A stretch of DNA of 64,000 nt from Octopus sinensis (Eukaryota): the NCBI RefSeq assembly GCF_006345805.1, contig NC_043004.1, positions 82,150,001 to 82,214,000 on the forward strand. The letters are read 5' to 3'. The notes under the pieces are model-generated. The model was not told the origin of the DNA. It saw nothing but the letters and a program-made list of their open reading frames with translations, and did not search any database. The position numbers and the translations under genes were made by a program. The stretch's first letter is position 1; every line of letters begins with the position of its first letter. Shown here in pieces: positions 10,780 through 23,750 of the stretch.

Positions 10780-11900
10780 CAATATTTCTTGAGTAGGAAT
10801 CTATGGTGATAAATTCGTCTCTTATAACTTAATTATAACTATTTATCACCATGCATAAATCAGACTATATAAACGCTGTGGTGAGTTATACACACCAAGA
10901 AGATGAACGTGCATGTATGTTGAAAATAATAAAGCTTATTCTTTTTCACCGGTATAGTAACAGTTTCATAGTTACAAAAATAAATTTCATCAACAGGTTG
11001 AAGAAAATGAACAAAAAGAAATTATTTACTGAATCAGTTTATTTACGTACATTTAATATTTACAGTACATTTTTATAAGTCAAAACAAGACTGTCGTAGA
11101 GAATTACGACATAAAATTTATTTGAACTAATTCTTCCATAACTAAGCTACAAGAGTTTTAAACAACAACTAGCAGTATAGCCCGGCGTTGCTCGGGTTTA
11201 TTTTCTTTTCGATCCTTTAGAATTGGAATTTTTGAAAAGTAAAAATTTTGCATTATGTAGCTTGTTATTCTCTTTAAGTGAACATTTTTCTGGTTGAAAT
11301 ACACCGAGAAATGGCAACACAGCAGTAAAAATAAATCGTAAAAAATAGGGATTTTCATAGTAAAAAAGCGCCTTTTTAATGTAAATAATTTTTGGTCTTA
11401 ACATGGTCCAATTTGAATTTGTTTTCTACGGAATTAAGAGCAAGCCTTCTTCTATCATACTCTCAATTTTGGTCAACTTGCGCCGCGGGGTCACGGAGGA
11501 GATAGTGTTAGTTGAAAGCTACCAAACCTGCCACACATAGACAACTTCAGCTTTATATATAAAGATTCAAAATAGCCTTGTTGAATTAGACAAAAGACCT
11601 GGCATGGCAGTAGCCAATATCTCAAGAGAGTGAGTGTTGTGGAATCGTGTGACAACCAGCGAACACTGGTTTATTTTCCCCCAAATCATGGTTTTTATAA
11701 CTGCTCATATCTGAATTCTAAGAACCGTATTTCGTGAAATATTTCTCTTTGACGAAAGTTACGATTCAAATATGGGCAGTAATTTTAACCAATGGGAAAC
11801 TAATAATTATACCTATTCGGCCAACATGACCATAACGTCATATTACCGCCGATAAAGGTTTATTAAGACTTACTACAATACTATGAACTGTATAACGCTA
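10780..11900. repeat. Old unclassified interspersed repeat (paralog at ~33870-34560), interrupted by a Helitron
   Basis: Shared blocks: tagagaattacgac, ttcaaaatag.cttg, gtgagtgt.gtgga, catggtttttataactgctca, ttaaccaatgg.aa. Confidence 0.7.
11169..11565 (-). mobile_element. Non-autonomous Helitron (397 bp)
   Basis: Minus strand A|TCTTTATATATAAAG ... hairpin CCCGAGCAACGCCGGG ... CTAG|T; inserted between A and T without TSD; empty site at 34243/34244. Confidence 0.88.
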
Positions 11901-11984
11901 TTGTACTATGGTTTTTTATGGCATACTAGTGCTTGCATGTAAAATACTTTATTATACACTAAAATATATCGTATATACTTACTC

Positions 11985-12245
11985 TTGTACTTGTGGCGAC
12001 ATTCCCACTGAGCGGGTTGAGTCGGCTTCTTCTGCCACCCTGCGAAGCATCTCGAACCATGGCAGCCCACGCACGACGGCCCTGCGCCAGTTCACTGGAG
12101 ATAGCGAGCCAGTCACGGTTCCATCGGCGCAGGCCGACCACCTGCGGTCCCGTGAGCACGGAGACGTCCTCCTTAATCGTCGTAAACCACGTCTTCAGCT
12201 GCCCACCGCGCGTTTCCGCCAGTTGGGAGAAGGCCGTGATATCCA
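11985..12245 (-). pseudogene. RTE-type LINE 3' end
   Basis: RGGQLKTWFTTIKEDV...WNRDWLAISSELAQGRRAWAAMVRD C-terminus followed by an (ACAAGT)-like tail. Confidence 0.75.
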
Positions 12246-12257
12246 TATCGTATATAA

Positions 12258-12455
12258 CGTTAAAAAATCACCCCGAAACTAGGGGTTGTCTGTACATCCT
12301 GTACGCCATATGCCCGAAAAATACCTTAGGAATGAGAACCCAGGTTCGAAATTTCACCAAGACATCTGATGAAGGCTGGAGGGTATATCAGCCGAAACGT
12401 TGTGTTAACAACAAACAAGATGAGGACAATTATCCGTCAAATGTAAATAATGTTA
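12258..12455 (+). mobile_element. Penelope-like pseudo-LTR fragment
   Basis: Contains a type-I minimal hammerhead motif of the kind known from PLE pLTRs. Confidence 0.65.
12362..12405 (+). ncRNA. Minimal type-I hammerhead ribozyme motif
   Basis: ACAT-CTGATGA-A-GGCTG-(10 nt)-CAGCC-GAAA-CGT-T-GTGT; stems I and II pair; palindromic ACGT stem III; GUU triplet. Confidence 0.8.
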
Positions 12456-12462
12456 TTCTTTG

Positions 12463-12768
12463 TAAGTTTAGTACTTATTCTATCGGTCTCTTCTGCCGGA
12501 CGGCTAGGTTACCTGGACACAAACATACCAGCATCGGTTGTCAAGCGATGGCTGGTGCACAAACGCATGCATGCACGCACACACACACACACGCATATAC
12601 GACGGGCTTCTTTCAGTTTCCGTTTACCAAATCCACTCACAAGGTTTTGGTCAGCATGAGGTTATATTAGAAGACACTTGCCTAAGGTGTCACGCCGTGG
12701 GACTGAACCCGGAACCATGTGGTTGGGAAGCAAACTTCTTACCACACAGCCACGCTTGCGCCTGTATA
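12463..12768 (-). mobile_element. SINE family A (3'-truncated)
   Basis: Reverse complement of family A. Confidence 0.8.
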
Positions 12769-13075
12769 TGTGTGTGTGTGTGTATTTAAACTGTCGTATT
12801 TCCTAGGTGCATGGGTTTGTTTTCATATTAGAAACGGTTCGTGCCCAGTTCCATTGTTGTGACGGCACCGATTTCACTGAGAAGACACAGACAATTATAG
12901 AATTGTTCCTGTCGAAACCTTAAGGGATGGAATTAAGTGCTATGCTTATTTCTTTTCATTTGTCTAGCTCGAAAAAACATCCAGCATCTTACTAAGTTGA
13001 GAGCACAGATTTAGTGGTAAGACTGTTTGGCGTCTATTTTTAGCATACAAGGAATCCATATAGTGATCTTTCATA

Positions 13076-13472
13076 TTACTCTTTTACTCTTTTACTTGTT
13101 TCAGTCATTTGACTGCGGCCATGCTGGAGCACCGCCTTTAATCGAGCAACTCGACCCCGGGACTTTTTTTTTTTTGTAAGCCCAGTACTTATTCTATCGG
13201 TCTCTTTTGCCGAACCGCTAAGTAACGGGGGCATAAACACACCAGCTAGGGGGACAAACACAGACGCACAAACACACACACGCATATGTATATATATATA
13301 CATATATACGGCGGGCTTCTTTCAGTTTCCGTCTACCAAATCCACTCACAAGGCTTTGGTCAGCCCGAGACTATAATAGAAGACACTTGCCCAAGGTGCC
13401 ACGCAGTGGGACTGAACCCGGAACCATGTGGTTGGTAAACAAGCTACTTACCACACAGCCACTCCTGCGCCT
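13076..13472 (-). mobile_element. SINE family A
   Basis: Full-length reverse copy. Confidence 0.85.
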
Positions 13473-13915
13473 ATATGTTTATGTTTAAAAGAATTTACTA
13501 AATTTATTAATGCAGTTAGTTAAGCACGAAAATCGTCAGATAATCTAATTTTTCCTCCTTTAGACATGGCATTTAAAAAATGTAGACGTTCGGATTTAAT
13601 TTTGCATTTCGCTTGTAAATAGTAACAGAGAGGATAAGTATAAAATTATTTAAACTTTTTTTTTTAGTTTTATTTTCAGTGTTAAACACGTTTATTGCTC
13701 AATTCACTTCGCGTGTGTTCTTCGATTGCAATCTTTATTTATCTATTATTATTTGTTTTTTTTTTGTATATATCTTTTACACGCACGATTTTGTAGATAT
13801 CTGTTCCACGTAAAATAATTAAATTTCTGCCCCATACTCAATGTGAGCGTATCTTTATTATTATTATTTTTCTTCTATTTTCTTAAATTTTGTTGCTGAT
13901 CAGATTCACGTAGAT

Positions 13916-13971
<56 letters not shown>

Positions 13972-14132
13972 TATCATCATCATCAACGTCATCAACACCA
14001 TCGTCATCATCATCACCGCCGGCTTCACTATCGTCATCATCTTATTCGTCATCGTCGTCATCACCATCGTCCGTCCTCATCCTCATCATCAACATCACCA
14101 TCGCCGTTGTCGTCATCATCATCACCTTACTC

Positions 14133-14430
14133 ACTTTGCCTTTCATCCTTTCGGGTTCGATTAAATAAGTACCAGTTACGTACTGGGGTCGATGTAATCG
14201 ACTTAATCAGTTTGTCTGTCCTTGTTTGTCCTCTCTGTGCTTGGTCCCTTGTGGGTAGTAAAGAAATAGGTATTTCTTCTGCCGCTACGTTCTGAGTTCA
14301 AATTCCGCCGAGGTCAACTTTGCCTTTCATCCTTTTGGGATCGATTAAATAAGTACCAGTTGTGTACTGGGGTCGATGTAATCGACTTAATCCCTTTTTT
14401 GTCCCCTCTATGTGTAGCCTCCTGTGGGCA
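14133..14430 (+). mobile_element. SINE family B dimer (5'-truncated)
   Basis: Junction gtagtaaagaaatag|gtatttcttctgccg at ~14270. Confidence 0.8.
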
Positions 14431-14729
14431 ATGAAAAAATATATATACATATGTGTGTGTATGTGTGTTTATGTATGTGTGTGCGTATGCATACGTATAT
14501 ATATATATATATATATATATATACGCATATATGTACACGCACGTACACAACACACACACACACACGTGTTTCCCAAAGTTTTACAGCTGTCCATGATAGC
14601 TCTCTTACAATTTTCAACAATTTAAATCACAAAAGAATTTTCTAGATATTTCTTCATTCTTGCAACGATGTTTTTATATTCTAAACATTCGTGCACTTCG
14701 GTATACGTGAATATCTCTTTATCTTTTAT

Positions 14730-15250
14730 CTTTCAGTCTTTAGACTGCGCCCAGGCTGGAGCATCACCTTGAACTCTTCATCGAATGAATGGACACCAGT
14801 ATCTATTTTTTTTAAAGTCCGGTGCTTATTCTATCGGGGTCATTTGCCGTGCCACTAAGTTACGGCGACGGAAACACACCAACATCCGTTGTCAAGAAGT
14901 GGCTGGGGATAAACACAGGTAGTAAGACACACATAAGGCAGGATTCTTTCTGTTTCCGTCTATCAAATTCTCTCACAATGCTATAGTCGGCTCGGAGCTA
15001 TAGTAGAAGACACTTACCCAACGTACCACGCAGTGGGACCGAACCCGGAACCATGTGGTTGGTAAGTAAGCTACATATCACAGTCACTCCTGCCCCTATA
15101 TATATATATATATCAAATCCATTCACAATGCTATGGTTGGCTCGGGGCTATATTAGAAGACACTTACCCAACGTACCACGCAGTGGGACCGAACCTAGAA
15201 CCATGTGATTGTGAAACGAACTTCTTACCACACAGCCACGCCTGTGCCTA
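14730..15250 (-). mobile_element. SINE family A plus partial second head
   Basis: 14730-15098 and 15115-15250 share attagaagacacttacccaacgtaccacgcagtgggaccgaacc-type sequence. Confidence 0.7.
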
Positions 15251-15597
15251 TATAAACGCACAAAATACTAATATAAAATATGGTACATAAATTATCCAAT
15301 TGTCCAGTGTATGGTGTCCTTCTACGCATGCGCTCACAGCCTGTCCCAGAAAATTTGAATCTGTTCATTTTATCAACTGGACGCGAGAAACGAATGAGCT
15401 TTTCGTGGATGCTCTTGCTGTCATAATAAAGTATATCTTCTGCATAAATGAGTATTGTGCTCTTGTTCGGACAATGGTCATTTATACCAGACATTTTCTG
15501 TTTATACATAATGGTTATCAACTCGTAGACGTGTATGACCATCACTTGCAAAGCAATGTCTGCGCAGCATTTTAGGTTCGCTTAGGCGCATGGCTCG

Positions 15598-16020
15598 AAG
15601 GCGGCGAGCTGGCAGAAACGTTAGCACGCCGGGCGAAATGCTTAGCGGTATTTCGTCTGCCGTTACGTTCTGCGTTCAAATTCCGCCGAGGTCGACTTTG
15701 CCTTTCATCCTTTCGGGGTCGGTTAAATAAGTACCAGCTACGCACTGGGGTCGATATAATCGACTTAATCCGTTTGTCTGTCCTTGTTTGTCCTCTCTGA
15801 GTTTAGCCTCTTGTGGGTAGTAAAGAAACAGGTATTTCGTCTGCCGTTACGTCCTGAGTTCAAATTCCGCCGGGGTTGACTTTGCCTTTCATCCTTTCGG
15901 GGTCGATAAATTAAGTACCAGTTACGCACTAGGGTCGTTGTAATCGACTTCATCCCTTTGTTGTTCTTTTTGTCCCCTCTTTGTTTAGCCCCTTGTGGGC
16001 AATAAAGAAATAAGAAACGT
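15598..16020 (+). mobile_element. SINE family B dimer with full head
   Basis: Junction gtagtaaagaaacag|gtatttcgtctgccg at ~15830; tail ends aaagaaataagaaacgttag. Confidence 0.85.
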
Positions 16021-16029
16021 TAGAAGTGC

Positions 16030-16333
16030 TTAGCGCATTGGGCTCACAATCACGAGGCAGTGAGTTCGAATCTTGGATCGGGCTGAGTGTTGTGTTCTTG
16101 AACGAGACACTTTATTTCAGCGCAAGAAATGAGTTGCGACATCACTGATGCCAAGCAATATCAGCTTTTGCGTTTCTCTTAGTCAATATCGGTGGCGTGT
16201 AGTAAGGATTCTGGTATGCATGGACGACTGCTGGTTAGTTTACCATAAACAACTTTGTCCGGACTTGTTCCTCGGTGGGTAAGTTTTTAGATGCAATCCC
16301 ATGGTCATTTATGACCAAAGGGTATTTTTACCC
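16030..16333 (+). mobile_element. SINE family C
   Basis: ggctcacaatcacgaggcagtgagttcga...gtgttcttgaacgagacactttatttc; homologous to 19735-20055 and 55611-55778. Confidence 0.7.
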
Positions 16334-16829
16334 TTTAAAGCTTACACAACACCACAAAGACCCTCACGACTCTATTGACATGATCCAGAGACAAGCAAGA
16401 GAATAATATCCAATACCAATTTGTTTCCCAGGTTGAGAAATATAGGAGCGTCATGATCTGAAGTGCAAGCAAAAGATCTCCAAAATGTCCAATATCACTC
16501 TTTGCATATCTGTTTTTCTATCAGAGTGACCTTCTCCTAAAGACATACTTTAGCAAAAGCAGAAAAAAGTGGTGGATCTCACTCCTTGTGGTCCTCCAGT
16601 AGGCCGGACACTGACATGGAATTTCTGAGGGCCCAAGCTACTGCTAAGTAGTCGTTGAACCTACACTAGATTCACTTGTCCTTTGGACAGGTTTTTTTTT
16701 TTAGTCCTGCTGGGTTTCTAGCAATCCACTTCATCTGGTTCTCTTGGTAGGTATATCGGTTTAGTAGCCGACGACCGACCATGAATGTTATGTATACATA
16801 CGTATATACATACCATACTTACATATGTA

Positions 16830-16838
16830 TGTATGTAC

Positions 16839-16918
<80 letters not shown>

Positions 16919-16919
16919 A

Positions 16920-16959
<40 letters not shown>

Positions 16960-16969
16960 GATCTGTCTG

Positions 16970-17048
<79 letters not shown>

Positions 17049-17236
17049 GTATATCTATCTGTCTACGCTACATAGATACAAATACCCTCCTACACATGTA
17101 TTATATGTATAAGGAGCAACAGGTTACTAAATCACACTAAATATACTTAGTGCACTAATATGGTTCTCAGCACATTTTTCTCATTCATTAGGACCAACGT
17201 GTGTGTGTGTGTGTGTGTGTATGGATATGTTACTTG

Positions 17237-17300
<64 letters not shown>

Positions 17301-17392
17301 TATATTTGTATATATATGTGTATAAGGATTTCTTTATTTTAATAGTACACATACACACATTCACACAATATTTATATATTAGTGTGTCTATG

Positions 17393-17466
<74 letters not shown>

Positions 17467-17600
17467 TACATATATACACGCATACATAAATACATACATA
17501 CATATATACGTATACACACACACATATAAATGCATACATACATACATACACACATACATACATACATACATACATACATACATACATACATACATACATA
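16830..17600. repeat. (ATCT)n/(GTCT)n and (TA)n/(CATA)n microsatellites
   Basis: Direct reading. Confidence 0.95.
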
Positions 17601-17929
17601 CTTATGTGAATAAATATAGATTTCTTACTGTTTATTTAACAATTTCCGTTAGCCACAAATTAGAAGATCAAGCGACCAGGTTAATTGGTTAGACGACTTC
17701 ACATAGCAGCAAACATTTATGTTTTTTTTTGTGTGTTCCTGTGATTCCAGGTGAATATGCATATATACCCACGTTTCATTTTGTTAACAGATCGATATAT
17801 CGATGGCATTGATCGGCTTTGTAAGCACATGACATTACACAAAGAACTATTGCTGTTGCTACAGAATACAAACTTCCAAATGTACTCCAGCAACAATTTT
17901 TATAACTTGATATGTTTTTTCAATTAATT

Positions 17930-18390
17930 AATGGGAAGGCAGTATGCCTGTAGAGTCGTTTGCAAGGCGCACAAAATGCTTGGCATCATTTCGTCCACTT
18001 TTACGTCCTGAGTTCAAATTTCACTGAGGTCGACTTTGGCTTTCATCCTTTTCAGGGTCGATAAAGTAAGAACGGTTCATTACCGATGTTATCAATTTAG
18101 TCCTACCCTCAAAATTACTGGCTTTGTGCCAAAATATGAAACCAATAACTTTATGGATGGGAAGGCGGTGAGCTGGCAGACTCGTTTGCACGCCGGACAA
18201 AACGCTTAGCGGCATTTCTTCCGGTTTTATGCGTTGAGTTCAAATTCCGCCGTGGTAGAATTTGAATTTCCTCATTTCGTGGGGTCAGTGATATAAGTGT
18301 CAGTTGAGCACTAGCGCCCCGCCACTGACATTTTAGGCTTTGTACTTATATTGATTTCAAGTTTTGACACAAGGCCAGCAATTTCGGGTG
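17930..18390 (+). mobile_element. Two diverged SINE family B copies
   Basis: Heads at ~17935 and ~18163. Confidence 0.7.
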
Positions 18391-18764
18391 CGGTGAGAAT
18401 ATTAGACTTGTGGTGCAAAAAGAAAATATGGCGCTCAAAGGGTTTGGTAGGCAAAGCATTAATTGAAAGAATAAAATATTTTAAGCTGCAGTAAACATCG
18501 GTTTCGATAACCTTTCAGTGTGCAATGCCTCTGTTCAAAACTCGAGTGTCTGATTACTTAAGTATAATAATTATTTATTATTAATGTTAGACATACATTG
18601 TCATTAAGTATTTAAAAATAAAAACTGGGTCATTGGCAAAGTGGTATGACTGGAAAACCGAAAAAGCCATTCGATATATATGTATATATATATATATATA
18701 TATCGAAGTGTAAAGTCAAGTGGTGTGAGATATGTCATACTACTTCTCTCTTTCTGTCTCTATC

Positions 18765-19078
18765 TTTATATATATATATATATATATATGTATAATATAT
18801 ATGTATATATAATATATGTATATATATATATGTATATATAATATATATATAATATATATATGTATATATATATGTATGTATATATATATGTATGTATAAT
18901 ATATATATGTATATATATATTATATATATATATGTATATATATATGTATGTATATATATATGTATATATGTATGTATATATATATGTATATATGTATGTA
19001 TATATATATATGTATGTATGTATATATATATATGTATATATGTATGTATATATATATGTATATATATATATATATGTG

Positions 19079-19127
<49 letters not shown>

Positions 19128-19305
19128 GTATATATATGTATATATATGTATTTGTATATATAAGTATTATGTATGCATTATATGTGTATGTGTGTGAGAG
19201 AGAGAGAAAGAGAGAGAGAGTGACAAAGAAAGAGAGATAGGGAGAGAGAGAGAGAGCGAGAGAGAGAGAGAGAGCGAGAGAGAGAGAGAGAGAGAGACAG
19301 GGAGA
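18765..19305. repeat. (TA)n/(TATG)n then (GA)n microsatellites
   Basis: Direct reading. Confidence 0.95.
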
Positions 19306-19734
19306 GCCTCAATGTCAATAAGACTTTCGGTGCGCTTCCGTACCCCTGAGGCTTGCTTTTTAATGAAAACTTATTTCGCTAACTTCTAGACTGTAGAAGC
19401 TTTATAAGAACTGAGACTGGCAAAGTGACATAAAGGAAAAACAGAATCAAAAGGCGTTAATTCTATGACACTTAAAATCATTAGAATTCTTTTGTGATTC
19501 CCATTTTCCCTTTTACATATTTGGTGTGTTAATAAGAATCTATTCAGAAAATTCTCAAAGATCTCTTGTCTCCCTCGATATCAGAAGCTAATTTTTTTGT
19601 TGTTGAGTTTTCAGGTTAACTCTTGTAGAGCAGAAGTAGCATTCAAAGGCTCTGTTGTCATTCTGTTGTTTCTTTTATGTATGTGTTTCTCTCTCTCTCT
19701 CTCTCTCTGTGTGGAGTGTAGGGATACATTGGGA

Positions 19735-20055
19735 AGGTAGCATGGCTCAGCGGTTAGAGCGTTGGGCTCACAATCATGAGGTAGCGAGTTCGAAATAAAG
19801 TGTCTTGAGCAAGACACTTTATTTCACGTTGCTCCAGTTCCCTCAGCTGTTGAAATGAGTTGCGACATCACTGGTGCCAAGCTGTATCGGCCCCTTTGCT
19901 TTTCCCTAGAATAACATCAGTGGTGTGGAGAGGAGAGGCCGGTATGCATGGGTGTCTATTGGTCTCAATAAACAACCTTGTCCGGACTTGTGCCTTGCAG
20001 AGTAACTTTCTCGGTGCCATCCCATGGTCATTCATGACCGAATGGTATCTTTACT
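19735..20055 (+). mobile_element. SINE family C
   Basis: tRNA-like head gcatggctcagcggttagagcg. Confidence 0.8.
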
Positions 20056-20074
20056 CTTTATATAGATTCTTTTA

Positions 20075-20460
20075 TTCTTTCATTTGTTTCAATCATTTGA
20101 CTGCGGCCATACTTGAGCACCACCTTTAGTCGAACAAATCAACCCCAGGACTTATTCTTTGTAAGCCTACTACTTATTCTATCGGTCACTTTTGCCGAAC
20201 CGCTATGTTACAAGGACGTGAACGCACCAGCATCTGTTGTCAAGTGATGATGGGAGGAGGGGAACAAACACAGACGCACAAACACACGCACACACATATA
20301 TATATTCGACGGGTTTCTTTCAGTTTCCGTCTACCAAATCCACTCACAAAGCTTTGATCGGCCCGAGGCTATAGAAGAAGACACATGTCTAAGTTGTCAC
20401 GCAGTGGGACTGAACACGGAACCATGTGCTTGGTAAGCAAGCTACTTACCACACTGCCAC
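20075..20460 (-). mobile_element. SINE family A
   Basis: Reverse copy. Confidence 0.85.
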
Positions 20461-20955
20461 TCGACTTTCCCGTGGATAACATCGGTGGTGTGGAGAATAT
20501 GCCCGGACTTGTGCTTCGGAAGGGAACTTTCTAGGAGCAATCCCATGCCCATTCGTGACCGAAGGGGGCCATCCTTCAGGGCTACATTATCTAATGGGTC
20601 CTTTCATTATTTACCGCTATGCCTCTCCTTTGTTTCACCCCTGACTAAGGACAGATTTCGCTTGGCGTCTATGCATCCTCTGTGATATGCATTCTCAATT
20701 GTTATCAAGCACCTGAGTATTTTATCACTTATAACTGGGAAGCTTAATATTACTTAGAACGAATGAAATAAGGGCTTAACTAAAATTTTGAAAATAAGCA
20801 AGGACGTTTAGGAACAAATTATGAAAATGCTTTGGGCGGACAGCCGGTTGAATGGAAATTAATTTATATATACAGACGCACAATCATGTAGAATGGTAAA
20901 CTCTATCGGTGAAGATACACAGGACATATTTTCCTGGCATCCATGCATCATATGT

Positions 20956-21350
20956 TATTCTTTTACTTGTTTCAGTCATATGACTGTGGCCATGCTGGAG
21001 CACCGCCTTTAGTCGAACAAATCGATCCGAGGACTTATTCTTTGTAAGCCTAGTACTTATTCTATCGGTCTGTTTTGCCGAACCGCTAAGTTACTGCGAT
21101 GTATGCACACCAACATCGGTCGTCAAGCGACGGTGAGTGTGTGTGTGTGTGTGTGTGGACAAACACAGACACACAAGCATATACATATATACATACGATG
21201 GGCTTCTTTCAGTTTCCGTCAACCAAATTCACTTACAAGGCTTTGGTCGGTCCAAGGCCATAGTAGAAGACACTTGCCCAAGGTGACACGCAATGGGACT
21301 GAATCCGGAACCATGTGGTTGGGAAGCAAACTCCTTACCACACAGCCATT
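20956..21350 (-). mobile_element. SINE family A
   Basis: Reverse copy. Confidence 0.85.
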
Positions 21351-21947
21351 CCCAGTTTTATTTCAACCATCAGCGTAACTTTGTATATGACTTAGAACGA
21401 ATGAAACAAGGGCTTAACTAAATTTCTGAAAACAAGCATGGATGTTTAGGATCAACTTATAAAAAGAATTCAGGCAGGCAAAGGGTTTAGATAACATGGT
21501 GTAATTTGGCTGCTGTTTTTAGCAGGTAGGTTATCATTTTGAGGCTGTTTCTGATATCTGAGCAAAATTGTTTATTTGACAAAAACCTTAAAGTAGTAAA
21601 TTGCGTAAACGGAATACATTTTAACATTTAGTTCGAGATAATTTTATCTGTTATTAGATAACAAATACAAGCTATATAAAAGCCAAAGTATAGAAAATCA
21701 GTTAAACAGCGTCAGCTAGTCTGTAAATCAACCTCTATCACAGCTCAGTATTTCAATAAATTGAGAAATATTTACTTTAGAATTAAACAAGTAGTTCTCT
21801 TATTGAAACCGATTTAGCTGTTTTTCAATTAATACTCGCAGTGGTGTTTGCTTGATTCCCTTCTTCCAGTAAGTTACGCATCTACACTGAATATATTTAA
21901 TATTCACCATGCTGGACCATTGAAATCTACAAGTTTTTTTTTATTTT

Positions 21948-22100
21948 GTCTCTGTTTATTTTCTCTTATTCCTTTCTGTTGAAGAGCGCAGGCTCGAAAC
22001 GTAAAACACTTTTTCATTTTTTTCGAGCGTAAAAAAAGATACACTTACTTGTTGTTCATAGACCTGTCTTCGTCTTTTGTTTTTCTTTAATTTTCAACTA
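21948..22100 (+). mobile_element. ~150-bp repeat carrying a CUGUUGA hammerhead-like motif (21971-22008), copy 1
   Basis: CCTTT-CTGTTGA-A-GAGC-GCAG-GCTC-GAAA-CGT-A-AAA; homologous to 30343-30505 and 53070-53223. Confidence 0.7.
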
Positions 22101-23010
22101 CTCTGAATATAGCGAGCTAATCTGAACATAATTTTCAATATTACAGAAACCTTCCATGTTATAATCCATAACTTTTGTGGCCTTATATTTCATAACAAAA
22201 TACTTTGTGTAAAAACCTTTTCAATAAAATTTTTCAACACTAATGAGTTAATGAATGATCTTCTACGTGGAACTAATTAATATTTTAAGCTGAACTGCTA
22301 ATTTTGAAATGAAATTTTCTGGTTAACACATTCGATACTTCTTCGGCCCAACACCAGCTTAAATATTTTACAATTGGTTTTTATATAACGGATCGATACA
22401 AATTAGGTAGAGTTTGTTTAAAGAATATTACAAAGTTTGACATGAAAAGGGTTTGCCCTACCAACTTACCCTTCAACAAAAGAGTATGCATGCCACCCTA
22501 TGCTGACACTGCTTTAAAAGCAAAGTGTACCCTTACTAAATCCAAACTCCTGTCAGCTTTCTCTAATTACACCCAAATGCATAAGCAAAAGCGAACAAAA
22601 AATAAGACCCATGATCTTGACACCAAAATTAAGAAGGGCCTTGACAAATTAAAAATCGTATCAAAAATAGAGAGATTGTATGCTTTCCGACTGACAAATC
22701 AGGTAGAATGTCTGTTGACAACTTATCTAATTACATTTTGAACATGCAACCACACATCAGAGACATGACAGAAACAACAACACTCGAGTACATTGAAAAC
22801 GAAAAAGTCCTTAATGCTCACATGGGGATGTGGAGTATCATTATCCAATCTGAGAAACGCACAGCGAACCATTTCATAACTACCAACAATGTGACGAAAA
22901 TATTTTGACAAATGAAATTTAAATGTTGAAGTTAATCTAGCGGTTTTGTGTGTTTCTTAAATGGCTTATAAACACCTTTCATGCTGCAACAGTTTATATA
23001 CATACATACA

Positions 23011-23045
<35 letters not shown>

Positions 23046-23164
23046 GTATATATATATATATATATATATGCATGTATATATATATATATATATACATACA
23101 TATATATATATATATATATATTTTGATATATATATACATATATTATTTATTTATTTTTTTTTGT

Positions 23165-23750
23165 TTTGTACTTGTTTCAGTCATTTGACTGTGGCCATGC
23201 TGGAGCACCGCCTTTAGAGTGGTGAAAGAGTACAGCAGGGATCACCACCTCCTGCCGGAGCCTCGTGGAGCTTTTAGGTGTTTTTTTCGCTCAATACACA
23301 CACAACGCCCGGTCTGGGAATCGAAACCGCGATCCTCCGACCGCAAATCCGCTGCCCTAACCACTAGGCCATTCTTTTTGTTTTTTCTTTTTACTTGTTT
23401 CAATCATTTGACTGCGGTCATGCTGGAACACCGCCTTTCAGTCGGAGAAAATCGACTCCAGAAGTTTTTCTTTGTATGCCTGGTTCTTATTCTATCGGTC
23501 GGTTTTTCCGAATCGCTAAGTTACGGGGAAGTAAACACACCAACATCGGTTGTCAAGCGATAGTGAGTTTGACAGACACAGACACACTAATAGATAGATA
23601 TATACATTTTCGACGAGCTTCTTTCAGTTTCTCTCTACCAACTCGGACCAAGGCTATAGTAGAAGACACTTGCCCTAGGCACCATAAAGTGGGACTGAAC
23701 CCGGAACCATGTGGTTTGGATGCAAGCTTCTTACTACACAGCCACTTCTG
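23165..23750 (-). mobile_element. SINE A (23385-23750) followed by SINE D head (23215-23355) joined to a SINE A tail (23165-23215)
   Basis: Direct comparison with other A and D copies. Confidence 0.7.

Noticed and set aside
15225-15575. Candidate for the missing TM5 exon (VYELITIMY)
   Set aside because: No Cys/Trp ECL2 pattern, no hydrophobic TM5 with Pro and Tyr, no fitting splice sites.
17760-17900. Second TM5 candidate (AIVLCVMSCAY)
   Set aside because: Short, ends at a stop, lacks the TM5 proline and suitable phase-0/phase-2 sites.
22442-22911. Two short + strand ORFs in unique-looking sequence
   Set aside because: No recognisable domain; possibly a decayed TE, not supportable.
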